A DNA stretch of 64,000 nucleotides from Nitrospirota bacterium (GCA_963749655.1 CAVVOB010000038.1:96001-160000), one strand, 5' to 3'. Positions 11,022-21,844 are shown, counted from the stretch's first letter. Translations and numbers: made by a program. Notes: generated by a model from the letters alone, not told the origin.

Positions 11022-12719
11022 ATGGATGATCCGCGCGAAGACGTTGAGCACGAAGAGAACAATAACACACCGGCAGGACAGGACACGGAGTTCGAGACGC
11101 TCTACAACCAGTCGCTGAAGAGGTTCAAGTCAGGGACGCTGGTCAAGGGCCGGGTGCTGCAGATCCGGTCCGGCGTGGTCATGCTGGATGTCGGCTACAA
11201 ATCGGACGGTATCATTCCGGTGGACCAGTTTACCGATGAAGAATTGAAGAGTATGAAGCCGGGCGACGAGCTCGAGGTCCTTCTTGAAGCGGCGGAAGAT
11301 TCGAATGGGAACATCATGTTGTCCCGCGACAAGGCAAAGAAGCTGCAGATCTGGGACGATCTGAATCGCGCGCATCAGACCGGCTCGCCGGTCCAGGGCA
11401 AGGTGGTCGGGTCCATTAAGGGAGGCCTTACCGTTGATCTCAGCGGCGTGACGGCGTTCCTGCCGGGCTCTCAGATCGACATCAAGCCGGTCCAGAACAT
11501 GGGGCAGCTCGTCGGAAAGACCCTGGAAATGAAGATCATCAAAATGAACTCCGGCAGGGGCAACATCGTGCTTTCCCGCCGGGCCATCCTGGAACAGCAG
11601 CAAAACCTGAAGAAAGAAGCCACGCTCGCATCGCTGACGGAGGGGCAGGTGATCAGCGGCGTCATCAAGAACATCACGGATTACGGCGCCTTCGTCGACC
11701 TGGGAGGCATCGACGGTCTTATGCACATCACCGATATTTCGTGGGGCAGGATCAACCATCCCTCCGAGGCTTTCAAGGTCGGGGACCGTGTCGAGGTCGT
11801 TGTGCTCAAGTATGACCGGGAGAAGCAGAAGGTCTCCCTCGGCATGAAGCAAAAGACGCAGGACCCCTGGCAGACCGTTGCCGAAAAATATCCCGTCGGC
11901 AGCAGGGTGCGCGGAAAGGTCATGAGTCTGGCCGATTACGGGGCCTTCGTGGAGCTTGAGCACGGCGTGGAAGGATTGGTCCACGTATCCGAGATGTCCT
12001 GGACCCAGAAAGTAAAACATCCTTCCAAAATCGTGTCAGTCGGCTCGGTCATCGAGACCCAGGTGCTCGCCGCGGACCCCGCGGGGAAACGAATCTCTCT
12101 CGGCATGAAACAGATCGAGCCCAATCCCTGGCAGACCATAGGCGAACGGTACCCTGTCGGATCCGAGGTGGAAGGCAAGGTCAAGACCATCACCGATTTC
12201 GGAGCTTTCATCGGCATCGAGGAGGGCATTGACGGCCTCGTTCATATATCGGACCTTTCATGGACCAAGCATATCAAGCACCCCTCGGAATTGCTCAAAA
12301 AGGGGCAGAAGACCAGGGTAGTCGTGCTTTCCATCGATTCGGCCAAGGAGCGCATCTCACTGGGGATCAAGCAATTGACCCCGGACCCCTGGGACAAGGC
12401 CATTCCGGAGCGGTACAAGACCGGCCAGGACGAGAACGTGAAAGTGACGAAAAAGGCCGAGTTCGGACTGTTCGTGGCTCTGGAGCACGACATCGAGGGG
12501 CTTATACCGACCTCCGAGATCCCCAAGGACTCCCCTGAGATAAAGGAGGGAGACGAAGTGACTGCGCGGGTGATCAAAGTGGACAAAGGCGACCGCAAGA
12601 TCGCACTGTCCATAAAAGCCCAGATCAAGGGGCAGGACCGGTCCAGCCTTCGGGAATACATGAGCCAGCAGGAAAAGCCCGATACGACCATCGGCGCGCT
12701 GCTGAAGGAACGGAGCTGA
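11022..12719 (+). CDS. rpsA: 30S ribosomal protein S1
   Basis: Six S1 repeats (DYGAFVDLG..GLxHI/VS); position after cmk-ispH. Confidence 0.97.
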   Translation: MDDPREDVEHEENNNTPAGQDTEFETLYNQSLKRFKSGTLVKGRVLQIRSGVVMLDVGYKSDGIIPVDQFTDEELKSMKPGDELEVLLEAAEDSNGNIMLSRDKAKKLQIWDDLNRAHQTGSPVQGKVVGSIKGGLTVDLSGVTAFLPGSQIDIKPVQNMGQLVGKTLEMKIIKMNSGRGNIVLSRRAILEQQQNLKKEATLASLTEGQVISGVIKNITDYGAFVDLGGIDGLMHITDISWGRINHPSEAFKVGDRVEVVVLKYDREKQKVSLGMKQKTQDPWQTVAEKYPVGSRVRGKVMSLADYGAFVELEHGVEGLVHVSEMSWTQKVKHPSKIVSVGSVIETQVLAADPAGKRISLGMKQIEPNPWQTIGERYPVGSEVEGKVKTITDFGAFIGIEEGIDGLVHISDLSWTKHIKHPSELLKKGQKTRVVVLSIDSAKERISLGIKQLTPDPWDKAIPERYKTGQDENVKVTKKAEFGLFVALEHDIEGLIPTSEIPKDSPEIKEGDEVTARVIKVDKGDRKIALSIKAQIKGQDRSSLREYMSQQEKPDTTIGALLKERS

Positions 12720-12725
12720 CGCACC

Positions 12726-13622
12726 ATGAAACGGAACCCCGTTCTGATCGTGGCAGCCACTGCAGCGGTGCTCGGGATACTCTTTGCCGCCGTGCTCGTG
12801 CTGGCATCCTTTCTTTCCGGAGGAAAGCACAAGTCCGTTCCGCTGTCCGTCGGCGGCGGCACTGTGGCGCTGGTGAAGGTTGAAGGACTGCTCGTGAGCT
12901 CCGAGAACATCGTCGAAGAGCTGAATGACTATGCCGACGACGGGTCCGTCAAGGCGATCGTCCTGCGGATCGACAGCCCCGGAGGCGGAGTCGTCGTTTC
13001 CCAGGAGATTTACAATGCGATCGTGAATGCCAAAAAGGAAGGCAAAAAGATCGTGGCCTCCATGGGGACGGTGGCCGCGTCGGGAGGCTACTACATCGCT
13101 GCGGCGGCCGACAAGGTAGTGGCAAACCCGGGAAGCCTCACCGGAAGTATCGGCGTCAAAATGGAATTTGCCAGCGTCGAAAAACTGCTTGATAAGATCG
13201 GCGTGAAAGGGATGGTGGTCAAGGCCGGAGAATACAAGGACATCGGCTCCCCGTTCCGGAACATGACCGATCAGGAAAAAAAGCTGCTGCAGGGAGTGAT
13301 CGACGATGTGCATAGCCAGTTCATCGAAGCCGTTGCGGAAGGGCGCAAGCTCCCCGTTGCGGACGTGAAGGCCATAGCGGACGGCCGCATTTTCACCGGC
13401 AGGCAGGCGCTTGCACTCAAGCTGGTCGACCAGCTGGGAGATCTCGAAGACAGCATCCGGCTCGCCGGGACCCTGACGGGGATCAAAGGGAAGCCGACGG
13501 TGGTGGAAAAAAAGAAAAAAGTTCCCTTTTTCGATTATCTGAAAGAGGAGACCTCTACCTGGATAGCGGAGGTTATTGCAAACGGACTCGGCCAAAGCTC
13601 CGTGTCGCTGCAGTATCGTTAG
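12726..13622 (+). CDS. sppA: Signal peptide peptidase SppA (S49)
   Basis: N-terminal TM helix, LRIDSPGG, AASGGYY, GSIGV, DGRIFTG. Confidence 0.93.
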   Translation: MKRNPVLIVAATAAVLGILFAAVLVLASFLSGGKHKSVPLSVGGGTVALVKVEGLLVSSENIVEELNDYADDGSVKAIVLRIDSPGGGVVVSQEIYNAIVNAKKEGKKIVASMGTVAASGGYYIAAAADKVVANPGSLTGSIGVKMEFASVEKLLDKIGVKGMVVKAGEYKDIGSPFRNMTDQEKKLLQGVIDDVHSQFIEAVAEGRKLPVADVKAIADGRIFTGRQALALKLVDQLGDLEDSIRLAGTLTGIKGKPTVVEKKKKVPFFDYLKEETSTWIAEVIANGLGQSSVSLQYR

Positions 13623-13805
13623 GTTTAAGTACGCCCCTGCTCAAGAGGGAAGAACGGCATCGGGACGCCGGCGCAGGGGACGAGAGACAAAAGTTTTTTG
13701 ATTCGTGCATTTCCCCGCGGCCTGTGTGACTGAGCGGGACATGTCTTGCTGCTCCTGCCGGTCCGGGACGGGGCAGCCATCAAGTCGGGTGAGGGAGGGT
13801 AGTGC

Positions 13806-14090
13806 ATGACAAAGGCGGAACTGGTGGACAAGATTGCCGAGAAAAAGCCTGGCCTGACCAGGAAGCAGGTGGAGATCGTCGTGAACACCGTGCTCGACGG
13901 AATCAAGGATGCGTTGTCCCGGGAGGACAAGGTTGAGATCCGGGGGTTCGGAAGCTTCCGCATCCGCTACCGCCGCGCCAAAGAAGGCAGAAACCCCAAG
14001 ACCGGCGAGACGGTGCAGGTGCCGCCGAAAAAAGTTCCTTTCTTCAAAGCAGGCAAGGAAATGAGGGAGATGGTCGACGGGAAGCAGTAG
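13806..14090 (+). CDS. ihfB: Integration host factor beta / HU family protein
   Basis: MTKAEL, EIRGFGSF, GRNPKTGE; canonical position after rpsA-sppA. Confidence 0.85.
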   Translation: MTKAELVDKIAEKKPGLTRKQVEIVVNTVLDGIKDALSREDKVEIRGFGSFRIRYRRAKEGRNPKTGETVQVPPKKVPFFKAGKEMREMVDGKQ

Positions 14091-14095
14091 CCGTC

Positions 14096-14761
14096 TCACC
14101 AGACATCTATTTTTATGATACCCCGTTGAATCGCGAATTTAATGAAACCGGCCCTGCTGTGAATGCCCAGCTTCTCTCCGAGATTGGTCTGATGGGCGAT
14201 GACGGTTTTTACGCTGATGCAGAGCATGTCGGCTATTTCCTTGTGAGTATACCCTTCCGCAACGAGCTTGAGTACCTGCTTCTCCCGGTCTGACAGCTTT
14301 TCATAACTGTCCTCGGCATCCGACGGCTTATCTCCCTGCAGGTACCGTGCAACAACTTCGGTGGCTATGGAAGAATACAGGTAGAGCTCTCCCCTCGTGA
14401 TCGCTTTGAGGCCCGTCAGCAGGTCGCTGCCCACCGCTTTTTTCAACAGGTATCCCGAGACTCCGGCCTTAAGAAAACGACTGATGTACTCCTTGTCTTC
14501 GTACTGGGTCAGGACGAGCACCTTCGTGTCCGGAGAGTTCTTCTTTATTTCGATAGTGGCTTCGAGCCCGCCGAGTTTGGGCATGTTGATGTCCATGATG
14601 ACGATGTCGGGATGGTGCTTGTTCGTTTTTTCGATCGCCTCGATGCCGTCGGAGGCCTCGGCCACGACTTCGAACTCATCGCTCAGTTTCAGGAAGGCCG
14701 CGATGCCTTCGCGGACCAGGGCGTGGTCATCGGCAATCAACACTTTCGTTTTATGCTGCAT
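14096..14761 (-). CDS. NarL/LuxR-family response regulator
   Basis: REC domain (ADDH, MDINMP) plus LuxR HTH (LSDREKQVLKLVAEG, ISVKTV). Confidence 0.93.
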   Translation of the reverse strand: MQHKTKVLIADDHALVREGIAAFLKLSDEFEVVAEASDGIEAIEKTNKHHPDIVIMDINMPKLGGLEATIEIKKNSPDTKVLVLTQYEDKEYISRFLKAGVSGYLLKKAVGSDLLTGLKAITRGELYLYSSIATEVVARYLQGDKPSDAEDSYEKLSDREKQVLKLVAEGYTHKEIADMLCISVKTVIAHQTNLGEKLGIHSRAGFIKFAIQRGIIKIDVW

Positions 14762-16604
14762 GGTCAACCTCCGGCGGCATCAGGGGGATGCGTATGCCGA
14801 TCTTCGTGCCGAGGCCCGGTTGCGAGCAGATTTCCATTTCCCCGCCGATCAGGAGCGCCCGTTCCCTCATCCCGAGGATACCCAGTCCCCGGCGGTCACG
14901 GGTGTCTGAGTTGTGAAGGTACAATGATCCGAGGTCGAATCCTACCCCGTCATCCTCGATTTCCGCGTACACGGTCTTCACGTCGGTTCGAAAAAGAACG
15001 AAAACGTTTTCAGCCTGCGCATGTCTCGCAATGTTCATCACGGCCTCCTGTACGATCCTGAACAGGACGATCTCCACTTCCGGCCGAAAGCGTTTTTCTT
15101 TCACTCCCGTCGTGTTGATGAAGTACTGTATGCCCCGTTCCCCCAGGTGGATGTTCATGAGTGACTGGACCGCCGCGATAAGGCCCAGGTCATCGAGCAG
15201 CGACGGTCTCAGATTCTGCATGATGGCGATCAGGCCGTCATAGGCTTTCATGATGATCCCCCGGATGGTGTCGATCTTTTCCATGGTGATCTGAGTGGGG
15301 TGGATACGGCAGATGTCGATCCTCATGAGCGCAGCCGTCATCTCCTGGAGCGTATCGTCGTGCAACTCGCGCGCGATCCGGTTCCGTTCTTCTTCCTGCG
15401 ACGAGATGAGCTTCTTCAGCAGCCGCTCCGCGCGCCGCTGACTTTCGTTGATCTGCCGGGTGCGCTCCTGGACCCTGGTTTCCAGTTCCTGGGTATGCTG
15501 CCGGATCCGATCCATGGACTCGCCGAGCTTGCCGCGCATGGTCTCGAAGCTCCGGCTCAGAATGCCGATCTCATCGCTCCCCTGCGGTGCAATGGGCTCC
15601 GAGAGGTCCCCCTGGGAGATACGGTCGGCGCCGCGGATGAGTTCCTTGAGCGGATCGACGATGCTGCGACTGATCCCGATGGTGAGGATCAGGGCCGTGC
15701 CGATAAAAATCAGGCCGAGGATGATGAAGAGCCGCTTGAGGTTCGCTGCGGGCGCGAACACGTCCTCCTTCAGCTCCTGGATGGATATGCCCCAGGGGGC
15801 CGTTTCGAGCGGGACGAATGCGAGGACCGTCGACTGCTTTTCCTTCCGCGTCCCGGCTTCATGGCAGACATGACAGGTCGTCACCCGCTCCTTCCGCTCG
15901 TTGATGATGGTGGTGAAAAAGCTGTTCCGGTCGCACTGGGTGAACATCCTCGACGGATTGGACGATGCGACGACCACGCCGTTCGAATCGACGATGTCGA
16001 TGAACTCGTTCTTTCCGATGTCGATCAGCCCCAGCTTCTGCAGCAGGAGCGGGCTGGTAGGGTCGATCAGGCCGCCGGCAACGCCCACGGTGCGGCTGTT
16101 CTTGTCCTTGAGCGGCACGAGAACAAAGAGGACTTTTTTCTGCGAGGGCTCAAGCGTGTAGATATTCGAGACCACCGGCTTGCCGAGCGCCAGCATCCTG
16201 CTGACAGGCGCGATGCTGAGGATGTTCAGGGAGGACTCCCTCATCCGCTCGGGGTAGTTCAACAGCATATTCCCGCCGTTGTCGAGAAGAAAAATTCCGT
16301 CGGTGAAGATGGAATACCGGTACGCCGTTTTTACGGCTTCCCTTTCCGGGCCGAAATCGCCGTCCTCAAGGTCTACGACGCCGGAGATTGAGATGTCGTA
16401 GAGCCTGCTGATGTTGTCCCTGATAATGTTGTCTACATTGTTCCTGGTCAGGCGGGAAAGGGCGAGTTTCTTGTTAAGCAGGTCGTCGATGTTCTTTTGG
16501 ATGAGGTAATGGCTTGCGATCCCCAGGCTCAGCAGTATGACCGAAATCCCTATGAGGATAAAGAGGGTGATGCGTTTTTGCAAGCTCCCCGTTAACTTGC
16601 TCAT
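14751..16604 (-). CDS. HisKA_3 sensor histidine kinase with a Cache-like periplasmic domain bearing CxxCH, plus HAMP
   Basis: Two TM helices, CHVCH, HAMP, EERNRIARELHD, DDGVGF, GLGILGMRER; ATGA overlap with the upstream gene. Confidence 0.92.
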   Translation of the reverse strand: MSKLTGSLQKRITLFILIGISVILLSLGIASHYLIQKNIDDLLNKKLALSRLTRNNVDNIIRDNISRLYDISISGVVDLEDGDFGPEREAVKTAYRYSIFTDGIFLLDNGGNMLLNYPERMRESSLNILSIAPVSRMLALGKPVVSNIYTLEPSQKKVLFVLVPLKDKNSRTVGVAGGLIDPTSPLLLQKLGLIDIGKNEFIDIVDSNGVVVASSNPSRMFTQCDRNSFFTTIINERKERVTTCHVCHEAGTRKEKQSTVLAFVPLETAPWGISIQELKEDVFAPAANLKRLFIILGLIFIGTALILTIGISRSIVDPLKELIRGADRISQGDLSEPIAPQGSDEIGILSRSFETMRGKLGESMDRIRQHTQELETRVQERTRQINESQRRAERLLKKLISSQEEERNRIARELHDDTLQEMTAALMRIDICRIHPTQITMEKIDTIRGIIMKAYDGLIAIMQNLRPSLLDDLGLIAAVQSLMNIHLGERGIQYFINTTGVKEKRFRPEVEIVLFRIVQEAVMNIARHAQAENVFVLFRTDVKTVYAEIEDDGVGFDLGSLYLHNSDTRDRRGLGILGMRERALLIGGEMEICSQPGLGTKIGIRIPLMPPEVDHAA

Positions 16605-17419
16605 GAACGGATTATAGCCCAATGGGGGCAAAAAAGAAAGACAAAGGGCGATATGACTGCGCCCTGTTTCGACGGCCTGCTCACGAGCCGGGGAGGCGAT
16701 ATCCCGGGAGGCGCCTGCAGGTCAGCCTGCATTTGCTGCAGGTCCTCGATCTCGTCGGAGTGCTCGCTCAGCATCCGTTCCCGCGAGATGTATCCCGTGA
16801 AGATGGTCGTATCGAGGGGGAAGACGTCGGGGCTGAAGATGGCGTTGTAGATGTGCCAGATGGAAATGATCAGGAAAACAACGAGGGCCTCGTTGGTATG
16901 GAGCACCTTGGCGGCAGGGATGACTTCACCGGGAAGAAACGAGGTCACCGTTGCCGGAAACCACAGAACTGCGCCGGTAGCGATCATCAGCAGGACGCCG
17001 GTAAGGATCCCCCAGTATTCGAATTTTTGTTTGTACGTATATCTGCCGCCGCTCGTGGGAAGTTTTTCCAGGCCGAGATAATACCGTATGTTGTGCACGA
17101 CGTCGGTGAAGTCCTTTTTTGTGATCACCATGGAAGGCTGCCACCGCCGGTAAACGATTCCGAAGACAGCGACAGCCAGATGGGCGATGACGCCGAGGGA
17201 AAAGATCAGCCCCATGAACCGGTGGATCAGCCGCACGCTGTCGATCCCTCCCACGTGAAGGATGAACCACTGCGAAACGTCGAGTGCATAGAATTTTTGG
17301 GAGAGACCGGTACAGAGGAGAAGGCTGAAGACGAGCACGTGCGTCCAGTGCTCGACGACACGGGCGGTGGAAAACCTTCTCATTCGCTGTTCCGCAAGAA
17401 CGGTGTTTTGTTCCATCAT
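16601..17419 (-). CDS. Di-heme cytochrome b subunit (FdnI/Ni-hydrogenase cyt b-like)
   Basis: Four TM segments with histidines (EHWTH, IHR, LHT, WHIY); RYTYKQKFEYW. Confidence 0.85.
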   Translation of the reverse strand: MMEQNTVLAEQRMRRFSTARVVEHWTHVLVFSLLLCTGLSQKFYALDVSQWFILHVGGIDSVRLIHRFMGLIFSLGVIAHLAVAVFGIVYRRWQPSMVITKKDFTDVVHNIRYYLGLEKLPTSGGRYTYKQKFEYWGILTGVLLMIATGAVLWFPATVTSFLPGEVIPAAKVLHTNEALVVFLIISIWHIYNAIFSPDVFPLDTTIFTGYISRERMLSEHSDEIEDLQQMQADLQAPPGISPPRLVSRPSKQGAVISPFVFLFCPHWAIIRS

Positions 17420-17432
17420 AGCCCCCTTCGGA

Positions 17433-18881
17433 TTACCGGTTCACCACATAGCGCCAAATGTGAAGCAGGATCTGCAGCACCAGCCCGATCGCCAGCACGG
17501 GAATGAAGACCTTGTAGATCAGGTTGACGAAAAAGACAAGCGGGGCGTGGGTCAGGCTCGGCTTGTAATGGGACAGCCAGGAATCAGGGAAGTTCTTCGG
17601 GGCCTCGGCGTGGCACCGCTGGCAATTCTTCACCAGGTTGGCCTTCACGACCGTCGCCTCGGGACCGACGGTGCTGGTGATGTTATGGGTGCCGTGGCAG
17701 TCCGTGCAGACGGCAATGGGTTTTGCCGGCTTGTTGAGCGTCCCTTTCTGAAGCTTGTAGAATTTGAGCGTTATGCCGTGAAAGTCCGACAAATAACTGT
17801 CCACGACCGATACGGAAAGTCCGTATTTGCCCACGATGGACTCGTTGGCGTGGCAGTTGCTGCACATGTCGGGGACCCGTTCACGGTAGTCCAGCGTTCG
17901 CGGGTCCTGCATGGAATGGGCCGTATGGCAGTCGGCGCACACCGGCACATCCTGGTTGTTTTCATTGAACAGAGCGTTGCCGTGAACGCTTTTTGCGTAG
18001 GTGTCGTAGATCTCCGCGTGACACCGCTGGCACCTTTTGGCGATCAGCGCCCGTTCCTTGCTGATGTGGGAAATCCCGTGCGAACCGTGGCAGTCGATGC
18101 ATACCGGGGCCTTCAGGTTCCCCTGGCTGAGCATGGTATAGTGGATGCTTTCCATCGTCTTGGTGTACTTGTCGAAGTGGCATCGCCTGCAGTTCTCCGA
18201 CGAAGCCAGCGTATAATCGCGCCGCGTAGCGAAATTCCTTTTCGGGTGCTCTTCGGAGGAAAAGCCGTAGTGACAATCGGAGCAGGACAGCTTATCGTGC
18301 ACCGATGCCTGGAGCGACGATACGTTCACCGTGCCGGAGAGCGCGTCGCCGTTCCGGAAGTGCAGCGAGATCCGGTTCCCGTGGCACCTCATGCAGTATT
18401 CCTCTTCGTTGGCGTATCTGCCCGACTTTTTGAGGGGCATGACGGCATGAGAACCGTGGCAGTTCGTGCAGATCGTCGGCGTGCCGGATTGCTCTTCCCT
18501 GAGCAGCGTCGCATGGACGCTTGTTTTCCTGATGCTGCTGTCCGGATGGCAGTGACGGCACACAAAGGCCGCCTTTGTCTGATATTGCAATTTGCTGCGG
18601 AACGATCTCTTGGGGTGCTTCACCGCTGAAAAATCGGGATGGCAGCGTGAACAGGAGAACTTTCGGTGAACGGAATTGCGGAATTTTTCGATGTCAACGT
18701 GGGCTTCCACGAACTCGTTGTTCTGGAAGGTGACCATGACGCCGTGCAGGCCGTGGCAGGACAGGCAGACCTTCGACTCATCGGTCAGGTCTCCGTTCTC
18801 GGCGTTTCCAGGGCCGGCCGTCACCGTGAAGAGGGACAGAAAGAGCAGTCCAGCAATGAGTGTGGAGCGTCCTTTTCCCAT
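17433..18881 (-). CDS. Membrane-anchored 13-heme cytochrome c
   Basis: Signal peptide, 13 CxxCH motifs counted, C-terminal TM helix. Confidence 0.93.
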   Translation of the reverse strand: MGKGRSTLIAGLLFLSLFTVTAGPGNAENGDLTDESKVCLSCHGLHGVMVTFQNNEFVEAHVDIEKFRNSVHRKFSCSRCHPDFSAVKHPKRSFRSKLQYQTKAAFVCRHCHPDSSIRKTSVHATLLREEQSGTPTICTNCHGSHAVMPLKKSGRYANEEEYCMRCHGNRISLHFRNGDALSGTVNVSSLQASVHDKLSCSDCHYGFSSEEHPKRNFATRRDYTLASSENCRRCHFDKYTKTMESIHYTMLSQGNLKAPVCIDCHGSHGISHISKERALIAKRCQRCHAEIYDTYAKSVHGNALFNENNQDVPVCADCHTAHSMQDPRTLDYRERVPDMCSNCHANESIVGKYGLSVSVVDSYLSDFHGITLKFYKLQKGTLNKPAKPIAVCTDCHGTHNITSTVGPEATVVKANLVKNCQRCHAEAPKNFPDSWLSHYKPSLTHAPLVFFVNLIYKVFIPVLAIGLVLQILLHIWRYVVNR

Positions 18882-19038
18882 CGGTTCCCCCTGTGTCGTG
18901 CTCGGAACTTCGCAACCGTCCCGCGCCGGGCGGGATGCCGGAAGCCCGGAGATTTCATCGCAACAGCGCCGACTTTCGCGGTCTGCCTGTTAGGACGTTT
19001 TCTCCGGGCCGCCGGATCCACCTGTTCAATCTCAACAG

Positions 19039-20293
19039 CTAATGCGTTTCCTTATAATCCGGGTGAGCATGAAGCACGGGCATGCGGTTCAGGATCCACC
19101 GGAAGATCAGGATATGGATCGTCGCGATCGCCAGAACAACAGCCGTTTCTTTCCACGGCGGAATGATGTGGTGGAGATGGTTCGGAAGCTCCCAGTTCAG
19201 CGATATGATCGAGACATTGATCCTGTTCACGATGATCCCGACAACGGCCCAGATCGCGCCGAAGCGCACGGCGCCGACGCTCAGCTTCTTGACCCCATAG
19301 GTCATCACGAGCGCAGGGGCGATGACGAAGCCCAGCACCTCGACCAGGTACCAGTATCCATAGGGCGTGGTCAGGTAGTGCCAGTTGTTGTCATGGGCAA
19401 TGCTGATGAGCTTGAACACGAGATAGACATACATGCCGACGGCCGCACCCTGACCCAGGCCGAGTGTCAGGCCCGGAAGACTTTCGAGGAACTCCTGGTC
19501 GCACCGCTCCTTCAGGAAGCGCGCGGCAAGCGTGCTGACGAAGATGACCATGGCAAGCGCCGCATAGATGCTGGAGCTGAGGAAGAGCACGGGGATATAG
19601 GAGCTATACCACAGGGGGTGCAGTTTCCCCGGCGTGAGCAGATACATCGCCCCGAGCGCCGACTGGTGGAGCGTCGACAGGATGATGCCGGCGATGGTCA
19701 TGCCGATCGTTACCAGCACGGCCCACCGGCGCACACGCTGTGACTTGAGCCATTCCAGGATGGCGGGGCTGAACTCAACAAGCTGGACCGTCAGGTACGT
19801 GGCCACATGCCATGCCACCAGGAAGAGCACCGACTGGGTGCCGAACCCGATCATCATGGGATAGTAGTATCCTCCAGGGCCGGCCGAGGTCCACGAGCAG
19901 ATAGATGACCGCGAAGAGATATCCCAGGAATCCGGTCAAAACGCCGAGCCGCAGCAGAGGATGGTATTTCTTGAAGCCGAAGATGTAGTATGCCGTCGCC
20001 ATGATGAACCCCGTGGCGGAAAGCGGAACACCGCCGAAAAGCCCCCAGCCCAGGTACAGGCCCCAGGGATAGGCATTCGATGCATGAGTGACGTAATAGA
20101 GGCCGTAATAGAACCGGAGCACCAGCAGCGGCAGCCCGATGCTCAAGATGATCGCGGCTATTATATTGAAGGGCGTGATGAGACTTCTGATGTAATCGGG
20201 CCAGCTCATGCCCATCAGCAGCTTGTCCATGAACCAGGAGCGGAATTCCCCCGGTGTCTGTCCCGCAGGTTTTACTGCGATGCCGTTACCCAT
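19039..20293 (-). CDS. NrfD/PsrC-family membrane subunit (HmcC/HybB-like), with a +1 frameshift near 19868
   Basis: YPWGL, DLGRPWR continuing in the next frame as YYPMMIGFG, LSTLHQSALG, KLHPLW. Confidence 0.88.
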
Positions 20294-21284
20294 TTTTCCC
20301 CTCCTCCTTATGTTCTTTTTCCTTCGTCTCATCTTCCAGGTTTTCCCGATGGCGCAGGGCCGCGTAGATCGTGCCGAACAGGGCCGGCCATGCGGTGAGC
20401 ACGATGGGAACCGCGCCGAGGAACCCTTTTGTTTCCTCGATCAACGGCTTGTTGGGAAGGTTCGTGGGAAGTCCGACCTGATCGAAGGGAACGCCCGATA
20501 TGTACAGCCAGTTCGTTCCACCGACTTCCTTTTCCCCGTAAATGTGGTTGATGTACTTACCGGGGTTGGCTGCAATCTTTTTCCGGGCAAGCTGAAGCAG
20601 GTCCTCACGCTTCCCGAACGTTAGTGCGCCTGTGGGACAGGCTTCTGCGCAGGCCGTGGGCTTGCCTTCCTTGAGCCGCGGCAGGCACATGGTGCATTTC
20701 CGGACCCGCGGCTCCAGTGCGCTCCAGTAGTCATAGGCCGGAATGTAGAAGGGGCAGGCCGTCATGCAGTACCGGCAGCCGAAACACAGGTCCGGATTGT
20801 AGTTGACTGCGCCCTCCGGCGTCTTGGAGTATGCATGGATCGGGCAGGACGTCAGGCAGGCCGGCTCCTTGCAGTGGTTGCACTGGATCTTCCGGTAGAT
20901 CGGCGTCCCTTTGTCCTTGGGATTTTCATAGCGGTTCACCACGGTGTACGCCTTCTCAGTCGGCATCCGATCTTGTTCGAAAACCGAGCTTTCGTCAAAG
21001 GGCTTATCCGGTTCGGGCAGCTTGTTTTCCGCATTGCACGCCTTTTCACAGGAACGGCAGCCCACGCAGGCGGTCAGGTCGGTCAGTACGCCGAAGCTGT
21101 TGGGATATCCCTCGAACTCCGTCGAGGCGAGGGCCTTTCCGGCTTTCCCCAGCAGCATGGTCCCGCCGATCGCGCCGACCGTGCCCAGGAAGATCCGCCT
21201 GTTCATGCCCGGGACGGCTTCTTTCTTTTCTTCCGGTTTTTCATCCGCAGGTGCGTCATTCGGATTTATTGGTTCTCTGGCCAT
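20286..21284 (-). CDS. Tat-exported 4Fe-4S dicluster protein (HmcB/HybA-like)
   Basis: NRRIFL Tat motif, four Cys clusters (CVGCRSC, CNHC..C..CP, CFGCRYC, CTMC..C..CP), IYGEKEVGGT. Confidence 0.9.
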   Translation of the reverse strand: MAREPINPNDAPADEKPEEKKEAVPGMNRRIFLGTVGAIGGTMLLGKAGKALASTEFEGYPNSFGVLTDLTACVGCRSCEKACNAENKLPEPDKPFDESSVFEQDRMPTEKAYTVVNRYENPKDKGTPIYRKIQCNHCKEPACLTSCPIHAYSKTPEGAVNYNPDLCFGCRYCMTACPFYIPAYDYWSALEPRVRKCTMCLPRLKEGKPTACAEACPTGALTFGKREDLLQLARKKIAANPGKYINHIYGEKEVGGTNWLYISGVPFDQVGLPTNLPNKPLIEETKGFLGAVPIVLTAWPALFGTIYAALRHRENLEDETKEKEHKEEGKNG

Positions 21285-21338
21285 AAGAATCCTCCTCTTT
21301 AAGCAGTGTGTTCATTCTTCCGAGAATCAACTGCGGAA

Positions 21339-21809
21339 CTAACGGGCCGCTGTCTTGGCCTTCCTGGCGTGACAGAGTTCGGTGCAGCCCTTTGGATCCA
21401 AACCGATGTCCCCCATTCCCCGGTGGCACTCGAAGCATTTTTTGTGGTACGCGACTTTCAGCCCCGGCATGGCGGGATTATCAGGATCCAGGGTGGCATG
21501 ACAGTTGGAGCAGGGCATGAAATTATGCGCAACGGAATTCTTGAAGGCCGCGGGGCTCAGGCTGTGGCATTCCTTGCAGGATGAGGTATTGCCGTCCCCG
21601 TGATGATGACATGACCCGCATTTGCCCGCGATCGAAACGTGTTTGGCATGATCGAAGGTCACCGCGGTATACTGATCCGAAATGGTCCCCAGCGTGCGAA
21701 CGCCCGGAAGCCGGGCGCTCGAGGAGGACTGACTCTCCTCGGCGCCGAGGTACGCTGCGAAGATGATGCTCAGACCCAACACCAGGACAATACTTGCTTT
21801 CGTTTTCAT
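21339..21809 (-). CDS. Class III (c3-type) multiheme cytochrome
   Basis: Signal peptide from MKTKAS; FDHAKH, four CxxCH motifs plus CTELCH. Confidence 0.88.
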   Translation of the reverse strand: MKTKASIVLVLGLSIIFAAYLGAEESQSSSSARLPGVRTLGTISDQYTAVTFDHAKHVSIAGKCGSCHHHGDGNTSSCKECHSLSPAAFKNSVAHNFMPCSNCHATLDPDNPAMPGLKVAYHKKCFECHRGMGDIGLDPKGCTELCHARKAKTAAR

Positions 21810-21844
21810 TGTTCCCCTCCGTAAACGCGGTATTGGTATGGCGA

